Positions 7,699-16,297 are shown, numbered from the stretch's first letter. The stretch: DNA of 52,789 nucleotides from Candidatus Levyibacteriota bacterium (GCA_027459725.1 DAIDHK010000008.1:1-52789); one strand, 5' to 3'. Translations and numbers: made by a program. Notes: generated from the letters alone by a model not told the origin.

Positions 7699-8280
7699 CT
7701 ATTGGAGCTTATCCATGAAAGTTTGAACACCATGTGCCCAGCTTCCGTTGCTGGAAGGAGTCCAGTGAGTCATGATTTCAGCTGGGGTGGTTAACCCTTG
7801 GTCTTTATATCTGGTACCTAGAGTTTTGGCTACTTGCCAGATCCCAGTTTTGTAGTTAGGAAATCTAGTTACATGGCCTGTATAGATACCATAACCATAA
7901 CAATTATATGAATCTATAGGAATAACTTTGCATAAATGTGATTCTTGCATCGCTATAGCTGGAATCAAACGATAATCAATTTTATATGCATCTGAAGCTG
8001 CTATTATGTCTGAAGCATATGGTTCCAGGGGCGAGTTATACTCAGCCAAAAATTCACGAACGATCTCTATTCGACCATCTGCAGTGGCTATACTAGTTTG
8101 TATATTATCTGAACTGTCGGTAGCCGGTAGAGCTGCATATGCCGTAGATTGTGGTGTGACCGGGAACATAGTAGCTTTTGGTCCATGCTGATAATCGATG
8201 AAGAGGGTGAAAATAAGCGCCAAAAAAATTATTGAGGGGGTAATTATGAAATAGCTGAAGACAAGGGACAGTTTATTCAT
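7699..8280 (-). CDS. membrane-anchored or secreted protein, paralog of 6946..7506
   Basis: N-terminal TM segment. Has LIPAIAMQESHLC...SYNCYGYGIYTG; the AxxQES resembles the catalytic-Glu motif of lytic transglycosylases. Confidence 0.55.
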   Translation of the reverse strand: MNKLSLVFSYFIITPSIIFLALIFTLFIDYQHGPKATMFPVTPQSTAYAALPATDSSDNIQTSIATADGRIEIVREFLAEYNSPLEPYASDIIAASDAYKIDYRLIPAIAMQESHLCKVIPIDSYNCYGYGIYTGHVTRFPNYKTGIWQVAKTLGTRYKDQGLTTPAEIMTHWTPSSNGSWAHGVQTFMDKLQ

Positions 8281-8407
8281 GTACGCTATACTTTATTATG
8301 TAAAACTAACACAATGCTTGTCAAGTTGCGCGCATAAATCAGGTTTCATTCCAATCTGTCCGATGCTATAATTGTGATAAGTGGAAAATAACAGGGTTCT
8401 CAATTTG

Positions 8408-10009
8408 TTAGATGTAAATTGCTGATAAAATCTGATGCGGATGTGGTGAAATGGTATACACGCAGTGTTCAGGACGCTGTGCCGTAAGGCATGGAGGTTC
8501 AAGTCCTCTCATCCGCACACCTGTTGACTTGGAAGGCGCAATGCTAGCGATTATCTCAAAGGGACGACCTAATCGTTGGTTTGAAAAGTCCTTTCCGTCA
8601 AAGGTTACTCCATCTGGGAAAATTAGCCTCTGATATTTTACCCTTGCTTCAGGAAGGGCGTCATACCAAACTAAATGAGGGGTTTGAATAAATGCGTATG
8701 CATAATTGAGCAGGGCGTCAATATCCAGCTCCTCTGAATGTAATTCTGTTAAACCAATTTTTGCCAGTGTTATCTTTTGTTCGATCTCTTTCAATTGTTT
8801 CTCAAGAAGATTGTCTGGAATAATTCCCTTGCTACCTTTTTGCACAAGCCACTCTTGTTGCTGTTGTAATTCCTTAATATCATCCATTTTTCTCAGGTAA
8901 TCACCATTTATTTCTTGCAACCTCTCTTGATACCTTACACGAAAAACCTTATCAAAAAAGTCAATAAATTTTTGTTTGCCTCGATGGTGACGAAGATACT
9001 CAAAAAAATAATCCTCAAAGTCTTTTTTGGAGATCGTTTTTGAATACATTTTACAGCCTTTGTTATGGCAATAATACTTGGCATACATTCCACCATTTCC
9101 TTTTGTCCAACCTGCTGTCAGAGGTTCTCTACAAAACTTGCACATTGCAAATCTTCTGAGTGTAAAATCAGGATTATCATAAAGTCGTTTATTTATTTTG
9201 TGTCCTGTATTATGAAGAATAGCCTGACATTTTTCCCATAAAGCAATTGTGATAAGTGGCTTTTGTTTTCCCTGAATAATCTTCCCTTCCTGTGTCATGA
9301 GTAATCCTGCATAAAAACGGTTATTGAGAATTTTGTTGATGTATTGTTTGGAAAATTTTATTGTAAAACCTCTGTAATCTTTGAGTTTTCTTTTTCCCAT
9401 CAAAGAACCAAGTTGCGTTTGTGTATATGCACCAGTGCTAAAAAACGTAAAAATGTCAATTACCGATTGGTAACAATTTTCATCCCATTCGTGAGGAGAA
9501 AGTTTTGTGCCAAGCACTTTTACTCTTTTGTATCCTGTGGGAGGTTGCCATGGCCACAAGCCTTCTTCCACACGTCTCCAAATGGCTATTTTTATTCTTT
9601 CTTTACGAACTGCATTGTCATACTCATTTACAGCTGCTAGGACGCCTTCTACAAGTCTTCCTGATGGTGTCTCATCTATTCTCTCAGTTGCAGAACGTAA
9701 GATGATTTGTAGGCGAAGCAATTGTCCTCTGAGCCAATGGTGTTGTTCTTGTGAGCGAGCAAATCTATCCAATTTGAATACAACCAGCACATCAAACTTT
9801 CCCTCGTTACGTTTAGCAAAGTCCAGGAGTTCTGCTACCCGTTTCTCGTTCGTTTCTTTTGCTGAAACAGCTTCATTTTTCATGATATCAACAACTTCAT
9901 ACCCTTCTGTTTCACAGTAGGAACGACAAATCTTTTCCTGTGTATCAAGACTTGTGTTGTCAATTTGTTTATCACTACTGATGCGTAAATAAATAATTGC
10001 CTTTTTCAT
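8408..10009 (-). CDS. large serine recombinase (resolvase/invertase N-domain, recombinase domain, zinc-ribbon)
   Basis: AIIYLRISSDKQ (catalytic Ser), VVFKLDRFARS and the Cys cluster CKFC...CHNKGC. The last ~35 codons are the antisense of tRNA-Leu(CAG). Confidence 0.85.
   Translation of the reverse strand: MKKAIIYLRISSDKQIDNTSLDTQEKICRSYCETEGYEVVDIMKNEAVSAKETNEKRVAELLDFAKRNEGKFDVLVVFKLDRFARSQEQHHWLRGQLLRLQIILRSATERIDETPSGRLVEGVLAAVNEYDNAVRKERIKIAIWRRVEEGLWPWQPPTGYKRVKVLGTKLSPHEWDENCYQSVIDIFTFFSTGAYTQTQLGSLMGKRKLKDYRGFTIKFSKQYINKILNNRFYAGLLMTQEGKIIQGKQKPLITIALWEKCQAILHNTGHKINKRLYDNPDFTLRRFAMCKFCREPLTAGWTKGNGGMYAKYYCHNKGCKMYSKTISKKDFEDYFFEYLRHHRGKQKFIDFFDKVFRVRYQERLQEINGDYLRKMDDIKELQQQQEWLVQKGSKGIIPDNLLEKQLKEIEQKITLAKIGLTELHSEELDIDALLNYAYAFIQTPHLVWYDALPEARVKYQRLIFPDGVTFDGKDFSNQRLGRPFEIIASIAPSKSTGVRMRGLEPPCLTAQRPEHCVYTISPHPHQILSAIYI
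8437..8517 (+). tRNA. tRNA-Leu (anticodon CAG), type II
   Basis: Hand-folded: GCGGATG acceptor, anticodon loop TTCAGGA, variable arm TGCCGTAAGGCAT, T-arm GGAGG-TTCAAGT-CCTCT. No encoded CCA. Confidence 0.9.
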
Positions 10010-10161
10010 AATTTAATGCCTCCGCTGGGTGCACTCAGAACTGATTGGGTTCTGTCCACAACGAAGGCATTAAAAAGCCCAATCATTTACTCTGAGTGCT
10101 TTTTTATTATGTTACTTTTAGGAGTCTTTTTCAACTTCTTTTTGCTCTTAGTTTCTATTTC

Positions 10162-10386
10162 CTAAAAAGGACTGTCTTCCTCAGAAGGATTACCTACTCC
10201 ATATACGTCTGGGTGCATTTTTTGAATATAATACTTCACTTCAGAAAACCATTTAGGAAAATTGTTTTGCGTTAATCTACCTTGTTTGAAAGCAGGCGAT
10301 TCAAAAACATTCAATCCTCTCCTTTGGAGCCAGTCTATCTGTTCTGCATATTTTTCCGACAGTTCTTTCTTTTGCTTTTTTGTCAT
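10162..10386 (-). CDS. hypothetical small protein
   Basis: 74-aa ORF between the iteron-like array and the recombinase. No family recognised. Confidence 0.45.
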   Translation of the reverse strand: MTKKQKKELSEKYAEQIDWLQRRGLNVFESPAFKQGRLTQNNFPKWFSEVKYYIQKMHPDVYGVGNPSEEDSPF

Positions 10387-10427
10387 TATAATTCACCCCC
10401 TTTGTGCGAATAGTAATATGCTAATGT

Positions 10428-10545
10428 CATTGTTACTATTATTGTTACCTTCACTGTAACTATATGGTTACCTGTTACTATATTGTTACTGTTTCAATCA
10501 TGTATGGGGTAACTATCTAATAGTGACAATAAGGTAACAATATAG
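10428..10545. repeat. iteron-like array: 8 copies of (T)TGTTAC(Y)(W)T, 5 direct and 3 inverted
   Basis: GTTAC at 10432, 10444, 10467, 10474 and 10485. GTAAC at 10456, 10509 and 10534. All lie in one ~120-bp intergenic region. Confidence 0.7.
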
Positions 10546-10917
10546 TTAGAATGGTATTTCATCAGGATCAACAGTTACTGCATTAGTTATTCCTGTTGGA
10601 GCGGCATCGCCAACTTGAGAGTAATAGTCTTCCAATATCAGGTCATGTACAGCCTTCCAAAGTGTTTTGTCCTCAAGGATGAATGATGTTTGGAATCCTA
10701 GACCTACTCGAAATCCTGGGTGATCAACAGTAATAACTTCTTTTTCATTAAATGTCTTCTTTTTAATCGTAAATCCTTTCACCTTTATAAGTGGCTCAGA
10801 TGATTTTGATGGAACGAAGTGAAGTTCTGCAAAAGCTAAGATATTATCATCTCTATTTTCTGCTAATTTTACCTTTGAAACGATTTTCTCAATCTCTATT
10901 TGAATAAACTTTTCCAT
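10546..10917 (-). CDS. hypothetical protein
   Basis: 123-aa ORF, tightly packed behind the small ORF 10920..11093. Confidence 0.5.
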   Translation of the reverse strand: MEKFIQIEIEKIVSKVKLAENRDDNILAFAELHFVPSKSSEPLIKVKGFTIKKKTFNEKEVITVDHPGFRVGLGFQTSFILEDKTLWKAVHDLILEDYYSQVGDAAPTGITNAVTVDPDEIPF

Positions 10918-10919
10918 AG

Positions 10920-11093
10920 TTAAATTTTCTTTTTCTTCTTTTGTAAATACGAATCAATTGCCAAATCTGCAATAACTATAAAAATGTTGCGTAAATCTTC
11001 GATTTCTGCATCTGTCATGCTTTTTGCAACATTGCCCAAAAGTTTTCTGCATATATCTAATGGGAGTAACTGTGTCTTTTGCTCACTTTTCAT
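10920..11093 (-). CDS. hypothetical 57-aa protein (below the ORF-track cutoff)
   Basis: Hand translation: MKSEQKTQLLPLDICRKLLGNVAKSMTDAEIEDLRNIFIVIADLAIDSYLQKKKKKI. Its ATG overlaps the upstream stop by 4 nt, and it ends 2 nt before the next start. Confidence 0.4.
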   Translation of the reverse strand: MKSEQKTQLLPLDICRKLLGNVAKSMTDAEIEDLRNIFIVIADLAIDSYLQKKKKKI

Positions 11094-11329
11094 ATTGAAT
11101 TGCTGGAAAAAATCAAGTCTTTTAGGTCATGCAGTCGAGCGAAAAGATCACGAGGATTACAAAGTGCTTTATCTTGGAAGTAGTTATTTACCAATTCTTC
11201 TGCTTTATCTTTTGGAGTAAATGAAAAATATATTTCGCTATTTATTCTTTTTGTTCCAGCAAATTGTAATTTGCAAGAATAAAGAAATGCAGCAATTTGT
11301 AAGTTTTTTGTTGAATACTCGTCTTTCAT
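11090..11329 (-). CDS. hypothetical small protein (possibly DUF5659-like)
   Basis: 79 aa. The pattern LQIAAFLYSCK...YFSF resembles small phage/MGE proteins of that family; recognised by eye only. Confidence 0.45.
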   Translation of the reverse strand: MKDEYSTKNLQIAAFLYSCKLQFAGTKRINSEIYFSFTPKDKAEELVNNYFQDKALCNPRDLFARLHDLKDLIFSSNSI

Positions 11330-11444
11330 TTCAATTCCTCTGAAGACAGTTTGGAAGGAATTTCGTCAGAAAAAAAATTAAGGATGTAAGTTTCTTGAGG
11401 CAAAAAAAGCAAAAATTATTTTTACAGGTAAGTTTTTTGAGTTG

Positions 11445-12119
11445 CTATTCTATTGTGGCAGTAAGATTTTTTAACTGGTAATATCCTCGTTTATAACCAC
11501 TTCCTTTTGCATCTGGTATTATCCATCCATGTTTTTGGAGTTTTTTATTTAGGATAGCTTTCATTTGCCTATAATGTTCTGAAATAGTATTTTTGAATTC
11601 TTTGGTTTTGTGAGACTCAAGATCAGATAAAATGCTGAGAAATTCTGCCTCTTTGCTTTTGAGATTGAGTTTTTTTATAAGCTGTTTTAATTGTCGCTGA
11701 GCATCTTTTTTAGATAGTAATGTTGTTTGTTGCTCAATATCATTGATTGTAGCTGGGAGAATTTTATCCAACCATGCTTTTAGTTTTTCAAAATAAATCT
11801 CAACATATAAATATCCTTTTGGTCTTGGCTCAGTTTTATAAAACCACTTGTCGTCAATAATTTTTAGTACAGCATTTTTTTGTAGCATGTATGGAGTAGT
11901 TGGATTTGCGTAGAGAAGATATGGAATAACTGGAGAGGATTGTGGAAGTAGACCAAGACTGGTTGGTCTTTCTCTTGTGAGATATCTTTTAGCGCCATAT
12001 GGCTCCCACTCTTCCTTAGTGCTTTGAATTTCCAAACAAAGAGCGATAGCGTCATCAATATATTTTTCCATACAAATACGATCTGAATGCAATATAAATT
12101 TGTTGGTGATAATTGTCAA
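11445..12119 (-). CDS. hypothetical protein (alternative start at 12071, MEKYIDD...)
   Basis: 224-aa ORF with a Lys-rich helical C-terminal half. First gene of the minus-strand cluster that ends at the iteron array. Confidence 0.5.
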   Translation of the reverse strand: MTIITNKFILHSDRICMEKYIDDAIALCLEIQSTKEEWEPYGAKRYLTRERPTSLGLLPQSSPVIPYLLYANPTTPYMLQKNAVLKIIDDKWFYKTEPRPKGYLYVEIYFEKLKAWLDKILPATINDIEQQTTLLSKKDAQRQLKQLIKKLNLKSKEAEFLSILSDLESHKTKEFKNTISEHYRQMKAILNKKLQKHGWIIPDAKGSGYKRGYYQLKNLTATIE

Positions 12120-12192
12120 GTTTAGGTTAATATGTCAGCCCAAAGTCTGTCCAACTATTCAAATTAGTTTGATCTTGCTGTATAATTCAAAG

Positions 12193-12373
12193 TAACAATT
12201 TATTTGCCTACAACCCTCTGGTAATGCAGGGGGCATGGCATAAAGACCTGTTAGACCCAGTAAGCTCTTGTGGAGCGTCTAACAGGCTGTATATCGAAAG
12301 GTATGCAGGCGGAGCAATCCGTCGCCACAGGAGCTTTTTGTATGCTCTTGCTGGCACGAAAGGCGGTGAGAAC
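12193..12373 (+). promoter_or_regulatory. long GC-enriched structured 5' leader (candidate cis-regulatory RNA) of 12374..12859
   Basis: Putative promoter TTCAAA-17-TATAAT (-10 at 12181-12186). 10-bp stem CCTGTTAGAC (12247-12256) / GTCTAACAGG (12277-12286) with nested GCTC/GAGC. Second hairpin GGCG (12308-12311) / CGCC (12323-12326). SD-like GGCGGTGA precedes the ATG. Confidence 0.45.
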
Positions 12374-12859
12374 ATGAAAATAACAAAAACAGCAGAAGAA
12401 CAAAACAAAGATATAGTCAAAGGCGGTATTCTTTTTGGCGTTATATTTATTCTTGTTTCACTATGGCTATTTGCATCCCATCATTCATTCTTTGGAGAAA
12501 TGTTTTTAGGAGCAGGAATTCTCTTACCATTACTGATGCTTTCTCGTTATTCAACAGCAGCTGCTAAAACAAGTGGTGTGGTTCTTGGAATTGGCATAGG
12601 GGGCATTCTAGTTGTTCTCGGCATCATTTGTTTCCAAATTCCAGTTATTGGTTGGATACTCGGAATACTTTTTATTCTTTTTGGTATTGTTACTCCATTT
12701 GGTGGATTAAAACTCAATGCCACCAGTTTCCAGAGAATACAAGGAGATTGTCCAAGATGCGGAAATAAACTGATAGCACATAAAACAGATAAAGCGCTTA
12801 CCTGTAAGATATGTCAGAGGAGAGTGTTGGTAACTGAGAAGGGATTTGAATTGGCATAA
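12374..12859 (+). CDS. membrane protein (about 4 TM) with C-terminal zinc-ribbon CPRCG...CKIC
   Basis: ORF 12224..12859 trimmed to MKITKTAEEQ..., which follows an SD-like sequence. The upstream part of the ORF covers the structured leader. Confidence 0.6.
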   Translation: MKITKTAEEQNKDIVKGGILFGVIFILVSLWLFASHHSFFGEMFLGAGILLPLLMLSRYSTAAAKTSGVVLGIGIGGILVVLGIICFQIPVIGWILGILFILFGIVTPFGGLKLNATSFQRIQGDCPRCGNKLIAHKTDKALTCKICQRRVLVTEKGFELA

Positions 12860-12866
12860 CAGACGT

Positions 12867-13370
12867 TTACTCAAAGAAACTGTCATTGCAATTCATATTG
12901 TCTTTGCAAGTTACTTCGAGTAGGTCTACAGGATTTATTTTATCCAGTCCTGTTGCTTTGGCGTATTCTTTTACTTGCTGATCAGTCATGAAGTAATACT
13001 TTTGTTCTTCTTTTTTATTCACCTGTATTATACCCTTCTGGGCAAATTCTTCTGGGTCTTTTCGTTCTAAATACCATTTGGCTGTTTGTACATTTTTGTT
13101 TTTAACAATATCATCTGTTACTACTTCAGCAGCTGCTATTGTTGCAAAATTACGAGCCTGGTCTATTTTGCTGCAAAAATCAGCATCTTCATTATATTTT
13201 CGATAGAATGTAGCTCGATCAATCCGTGCGTAAATGCAGGCTTTTGTGATACTCACTCCTCGTTGCAAAACACTGACTAATTTTGCAACGGTGTCAGGGG
13301 TGAGAACAGTTGGTCTGCCAACTGGATTTAGCGTGAGGAAATTATTCATACAACTATTATATTCAGGCAC
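12867..13370 (-). CDS. HTH DNA-binding protein, phage small-terminase-like
   Basis: GRPTVLTPDTVAKLVSVLQRGVSITKACIYARIDRATFYRK, followed by AKWYLERKDPEEF. This pattern is common in small terminase and HTH proteins of MGEs. Confidence 0.5.
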   Translation of the reverse strand: MPEYNSCMNNFLTLNPVGRPTVLTPDTVAKLVSVLQRGVSITKACIYARIDRATFYRKYNEDADFCSKIDQARNFATIAAAEVVTDDIVKNKNVQTAKWYLERKDPEEFAQKGIIQVNKKEEQKYYFMTDQQVKEYAKATGLDKINPVDLLEVTCKDNMNCNDSFFE

Positions 13371-13432
13371 AATCTTTTTGCATACTGTCCAAGTGTGTAA
13401 ACTAATTGCTTTTCAGGCACAGCTGATGGATA

Positions 13433-13885
13433 ATGCTTCTGATGAAAAAAGTATTTGTTTCGATTTTTATTCTCCTTTCAGCATTGTTTCTGACAACGTC
13501 TGCATCTGCTCATAGTGGTTGTTGTTCCTGGCATGGTGGAGTACGAGCTGATGGATGCGGATGTAATGATGGGACACCTCTTTCTGATACCTGCGCACCG
13601 TACTATACGTGCAATGCTCCACAACAAAATACAGCACCAGCCAATAGTACATCAACGGATACCACAACAAATACATACACTGCACCTGTTTATGTAGCAC
13701 CGACTGATACTCCTACGTCAATTCCAACCAACACACCTATTCCGACTCCCACACTAACGCCAACTCCTACACCAAAACCAGTACATAAAATAGTTGTGAA
13801 GAAACATAACAAACCGAACAAGCCAAAACCAACGCCTACTCCAACTCCTGCAAAAAATTGGTGGCAATGGATATTTGGATGGTAA
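13433..13885 (+). CDS. secreted Cys-rich, Thr/Pro-rich protein
   Basis: Signal peptide MLLMKKVFVSIFILLSALFLTTSASA, Cys cluster HSGCCSWHGG..GCGCNDG, and a long PT-rich low-complexity tail. Confidence 0.6.
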   Translation: MLLMKKVFVSIFILLSALFLTTSASAHSGCCSWHGGVRADGCGCNDGTPLSDTCAPYYTCNAPQQNTAPANSTSTDTTTNTYTAPVYVAPTDTPTSIPTNTPIPTPTLTPTPTPKPVHKIVVKKHNKPNKPKPTPTPTPAKNWWQWIFGW

Positions 13886-13887
13886 TT

Positions 13888-15117
13888 ATGTCAGGCCTGT
13901 ATAAAAATAATCATTATGTTCCACAGTGGTATCAAAAAAGATTTCTGCCTGTCGGTCAAACAAATCAGGAGCTTTATTATTTGGATTTAAAACCTGAGAG
14001 TTTTACAGATCCAAGAGGTACTGTTCATCAAAAATCTGGTATTCACAAATGGGGTTTCAAACAATGTTTTGCAGAAGAAGATTTGTATACAACTACATTT
14101 GGTTCAGAAGAATCTACTAAAATTGAGCAATTATTTTTTGGTGATATTGATAGCAAAGGACGTGGGGCTGTGGAACACTTTTCAAATTTTACTCATCCAT
14201 CCGCAAACTATGAAGCATTTCAAAGCATGATAAATTACATGAGTACCCAAAAATTACGTACACCAAAAGGGTTAGGATTTCTCAGTTGGAAAGCACAAAC
14301 AGCCGACAAGAATGAAATCCTAAGACATATGTTGAGACTCAGAAATCTTTACTGTGCAATTTGGACAGAGTGTGTTTGGCAAATTGCAGATGCATCACAG
14401 TCTAATACAAAATTCATCATTTCTGATCATCCTATTACTGTATACAATCGCGAGTGTGGTCCTCGTTCTCCACAATGGTGCCGAGGGTATAATGATCCAG
14501 ATATTTGGCTTCATGGAACCCATACTATTTTTCCCTTGTCTCTTGATAAGGTACTTATACTTACTAATCTTTCATGGGTGAGAAATCCGTATCAGTCTGC
14601 TAAAAAGCTAAGACCAAATCCAAATCCTTTTCGAGGAGCTATGTTCAAATTTATGGATATACAAGTAATGCGTTATCTTACTGAGCAAGAGGTCAAAGAA
14701 ATAAACTTCATAATCAAAAGTAGAGCATTACGATATATTGGAGCAGCAAAGGAAGAATGGCTATATCCTGAAAAAGATATATCAAAGTCGCAGTGGAATG
14801 TTTATGGAAACGGTTATTTACTTATTCCTGATCCTCGCTCTATGCAATATGGTGGAGAAATAATGATTGGATACAAAGATGGAAGTGTTGATTCATTTGA
14901 TGAGTATGGTCGTAAGCCTTGGCAACCAGGTTACAGTAAGGCAGGTAATACTCCAAATGAATTTGTCACTTTTCACCGTTTCCAAGGGGAATTTGCTCGT
15001 TTATTTGGTCGAAAACGCAGAGGAAGATCATTTCAATTTGCACATTTAGATCCAGAGGAAGATAGCGACCAAGCACATCAATATCATTTGCAACAAGAAA
15101 AAAGGAGAGAAAAGTAA
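13888..15117 (+). CDS. DUF4238-family protein
   Basis: N-terminal NHYVPQWYQKRF matches the HYVPQ-FYL-xF signature of DUF4238. Start moved to MSGLYKNN... Confidence 0.6.
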   Translation: MSGLYKNNHYVPQWYQKRFLPVGQTNQELYYLDLKPESFTDPRGTVHQKSGIHKWGFKQCFAEEDLYTTTFGSEESTKIEQLFFGDIDSKGRGAVEHFSNFTHPSANYEAFQSMINYMSTQKLRTPKGLGFLSWKAQTADKNEILRHMLRLRNLYCAIWTECVWQIADASQSNTKFIISDHPITVYNRECGPRSPQWCRGYNDPDIWLHGTHTIFPLSLDKVLILTNLSWVRNPYQSAKKLRPNPNPFRGAMFKFMDIQVMRYLTEQEVKEINFIIKSRALRYIGAAKEEWLYPEKDISKSQWNVYGNGYLLIPDPRSMQYGGEIMIGYKDGSVDSFDEYGRKPWQPGYSKAGNTPNEFVTFHRFQGEFARLFGRKRRGRSFQFAHLDPEEDSDQAHQYHLQQEKRREK

Positions 15118-15153
15118 ACGATCAATTCGCAGATTTCGTAAATACTCTTAAGT

Positions 15154-15738
15154 TTATTTCTTGCTGCCAACTACTTCTCCGAACGCGTGCTTTTTAGTGA
15201 ATACTTTGTCTGCTGTTAATTTTAGTGTTTCCAATCTTTTGTTGTCTGGGTAAAGTGACGTAAGCCTATCAAGTAAAGCAGATATCCCTATCATTCGCCC
15301 CTGAAGTACTTGCATGCCCGATCTAAGCATTCTTCTGTCATTAGTTACACCGATAAGCTCTGGATGATTTTGGCATAAGAGTATTTGGGCGTAATCGGTA
15401 GCCGATATTTTATTGAGAACAATATACTTAGTTTCTCCATTTTCTGTAACAATAAATCTGTTTTCTTTCCAATCAGGATGCATTGCAGATTCTGCATTGA
15501 GTATATGATTAAAAAACGTCATCATTTGAGCTGGATTGAAATTTTGCCCATTTCCTATAAATTCTTCGAGAACTAAGTTGCAAACAAAAAAGGTAACATC
15601 TGATAATTCATCCAAAGCGGTAAATATGCTTACTCCGCATAATTGATACAATTTTTCAAAATAAAGAATTGTACTGGTGTCAAAAAGAAAATTATGTTTT
15701 TTACCCTGTTCTGAGAAGGTTTTGTTGTTTTGATCCAT
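15154..15738 (-). CDS. hypothetical protein (weak PIN-like N-terminus FLFDTSTI)
   Basis: 194-aa ORF convergent with the DUF4238 gene. The family call is tentative. Confidence 0.45.
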   Translation of the reverse strand: MDQNNKTFSEQGKKHNFLFDTSTILYFEKLYQLCGVSIFTALDELSDVTFFVCNLVLEEFIGNGQNFNPAQMMTFFNHILNAESAMHPDWKENRFIVTENGETKYIVLNKISATDYAQILLCQNHPELIGVTNDRRMLRSGMQVLQGRMIGISALLDRLTSLYPDNKRLETLKLTADKVFTKKHAFGEVVGSKK

Positions 15739-15817
15739 ATCAGAAGCATAACATACTAAATGAAGCTAACAGTAAATTAGTTTACGGACTTGGACACTAG
15801 TTTGCTATAATTACTTC

Positions 15818-16297
15818 ATGGATCAACTTACTGAAAAAACAAAAAGAATTCTTTCAAATAATCTTTTTATGACCCTCGCCACGTCCTCTCTTGATAATCA
15901 GCCTTGGAGTACGCCTGTATTTTATGCAGTTGACGAAAACTACAATTTTTATTGGTACTCAAGAAAAGACACTCAACATTCACTATTCATCAAGGAGAAC
16001 CCAAAGGTTTCGGTGTCTATTTTTAGTATAGGTGGACAAGATGATGGAGTCGGGCTGTATATTCGAGGGAATGCTTCTGAGGTTATTGAAAATGAGTTGG
16101 AACACGCTTTGAAAACCTACTCTGCAAAAGCTGCCTCAACAGAAGAAGCAAGAACGCAACTCACTACGAAAGAAGACTTTCTCGATGAAGCTCCCATCAG
16201 AATGTATAAACTAATCCCTGAGAAAATGTATGTTTCCAATGAAGCAAAAAAATGGAATGGAAAATGGATTGACACAAAAAGTGAGGTAAAATTATGA
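15818..16297 (+). CDS. pyridoxamine 5'-phosphate oxidase-like FMN-binding split-barrel protein
   Basis: LFMTLATSSLDNQPWSTPVFYAVDENYNFYWYS...NPKVSVSIF is the typical PNPOx-like pattern. Confidence 0.7.
   Translation: MDQLTEKTKRILSNNLFMTLATSSLDNQPWSTPVFYAVDENYNFYWYSRKDTQHSLFIKENPKVSVSIFSIGGQDDGVGLYIRGNASEVIENELEHALKTYSAKAASTEEARTQLTTKEDFLDEAPIRMYKLIPEKMYVSNEAKKWNGKWIDTKSEVKL

Noticed and set aside
9344-9920. Plus-strand ORFs 9344..9640, 9505..9705 and 9507..9920, plus 8451..8633 and 8706..8900
   Set aside because: They are antisense to the serine recombinase gene, which has clear catalytic motifs. There is no independent support for them.
10428-10545. GTTAC repeat array considered as a CRISPR array
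   Set aside because: The repeat units are only ~6-10 bp, they occur in mixed orientation at irregular 7-25 bp spacing, and no cas genes are present. It is an iteron/operator-type array, not CRISPR.
10984-11220. 78-aa plus-strand ORF
   Set aside because: It runs antisense across two tightly coupled minus-strand genes (11090..11329 and the 57-codon ORF), and its translation is hydrophobic and low-complexity.
12208-12420. 70-aa minus-strand ORF and the first 50 codons of plus-strand ORF 12224..12859
   Set aside because: Both cover the GC-rich region of nested inverted repeats. The plus-strand protein has a sensible start (MKITK...) with an SD-like sequence at 12374. The region is better explained as structured RNA.
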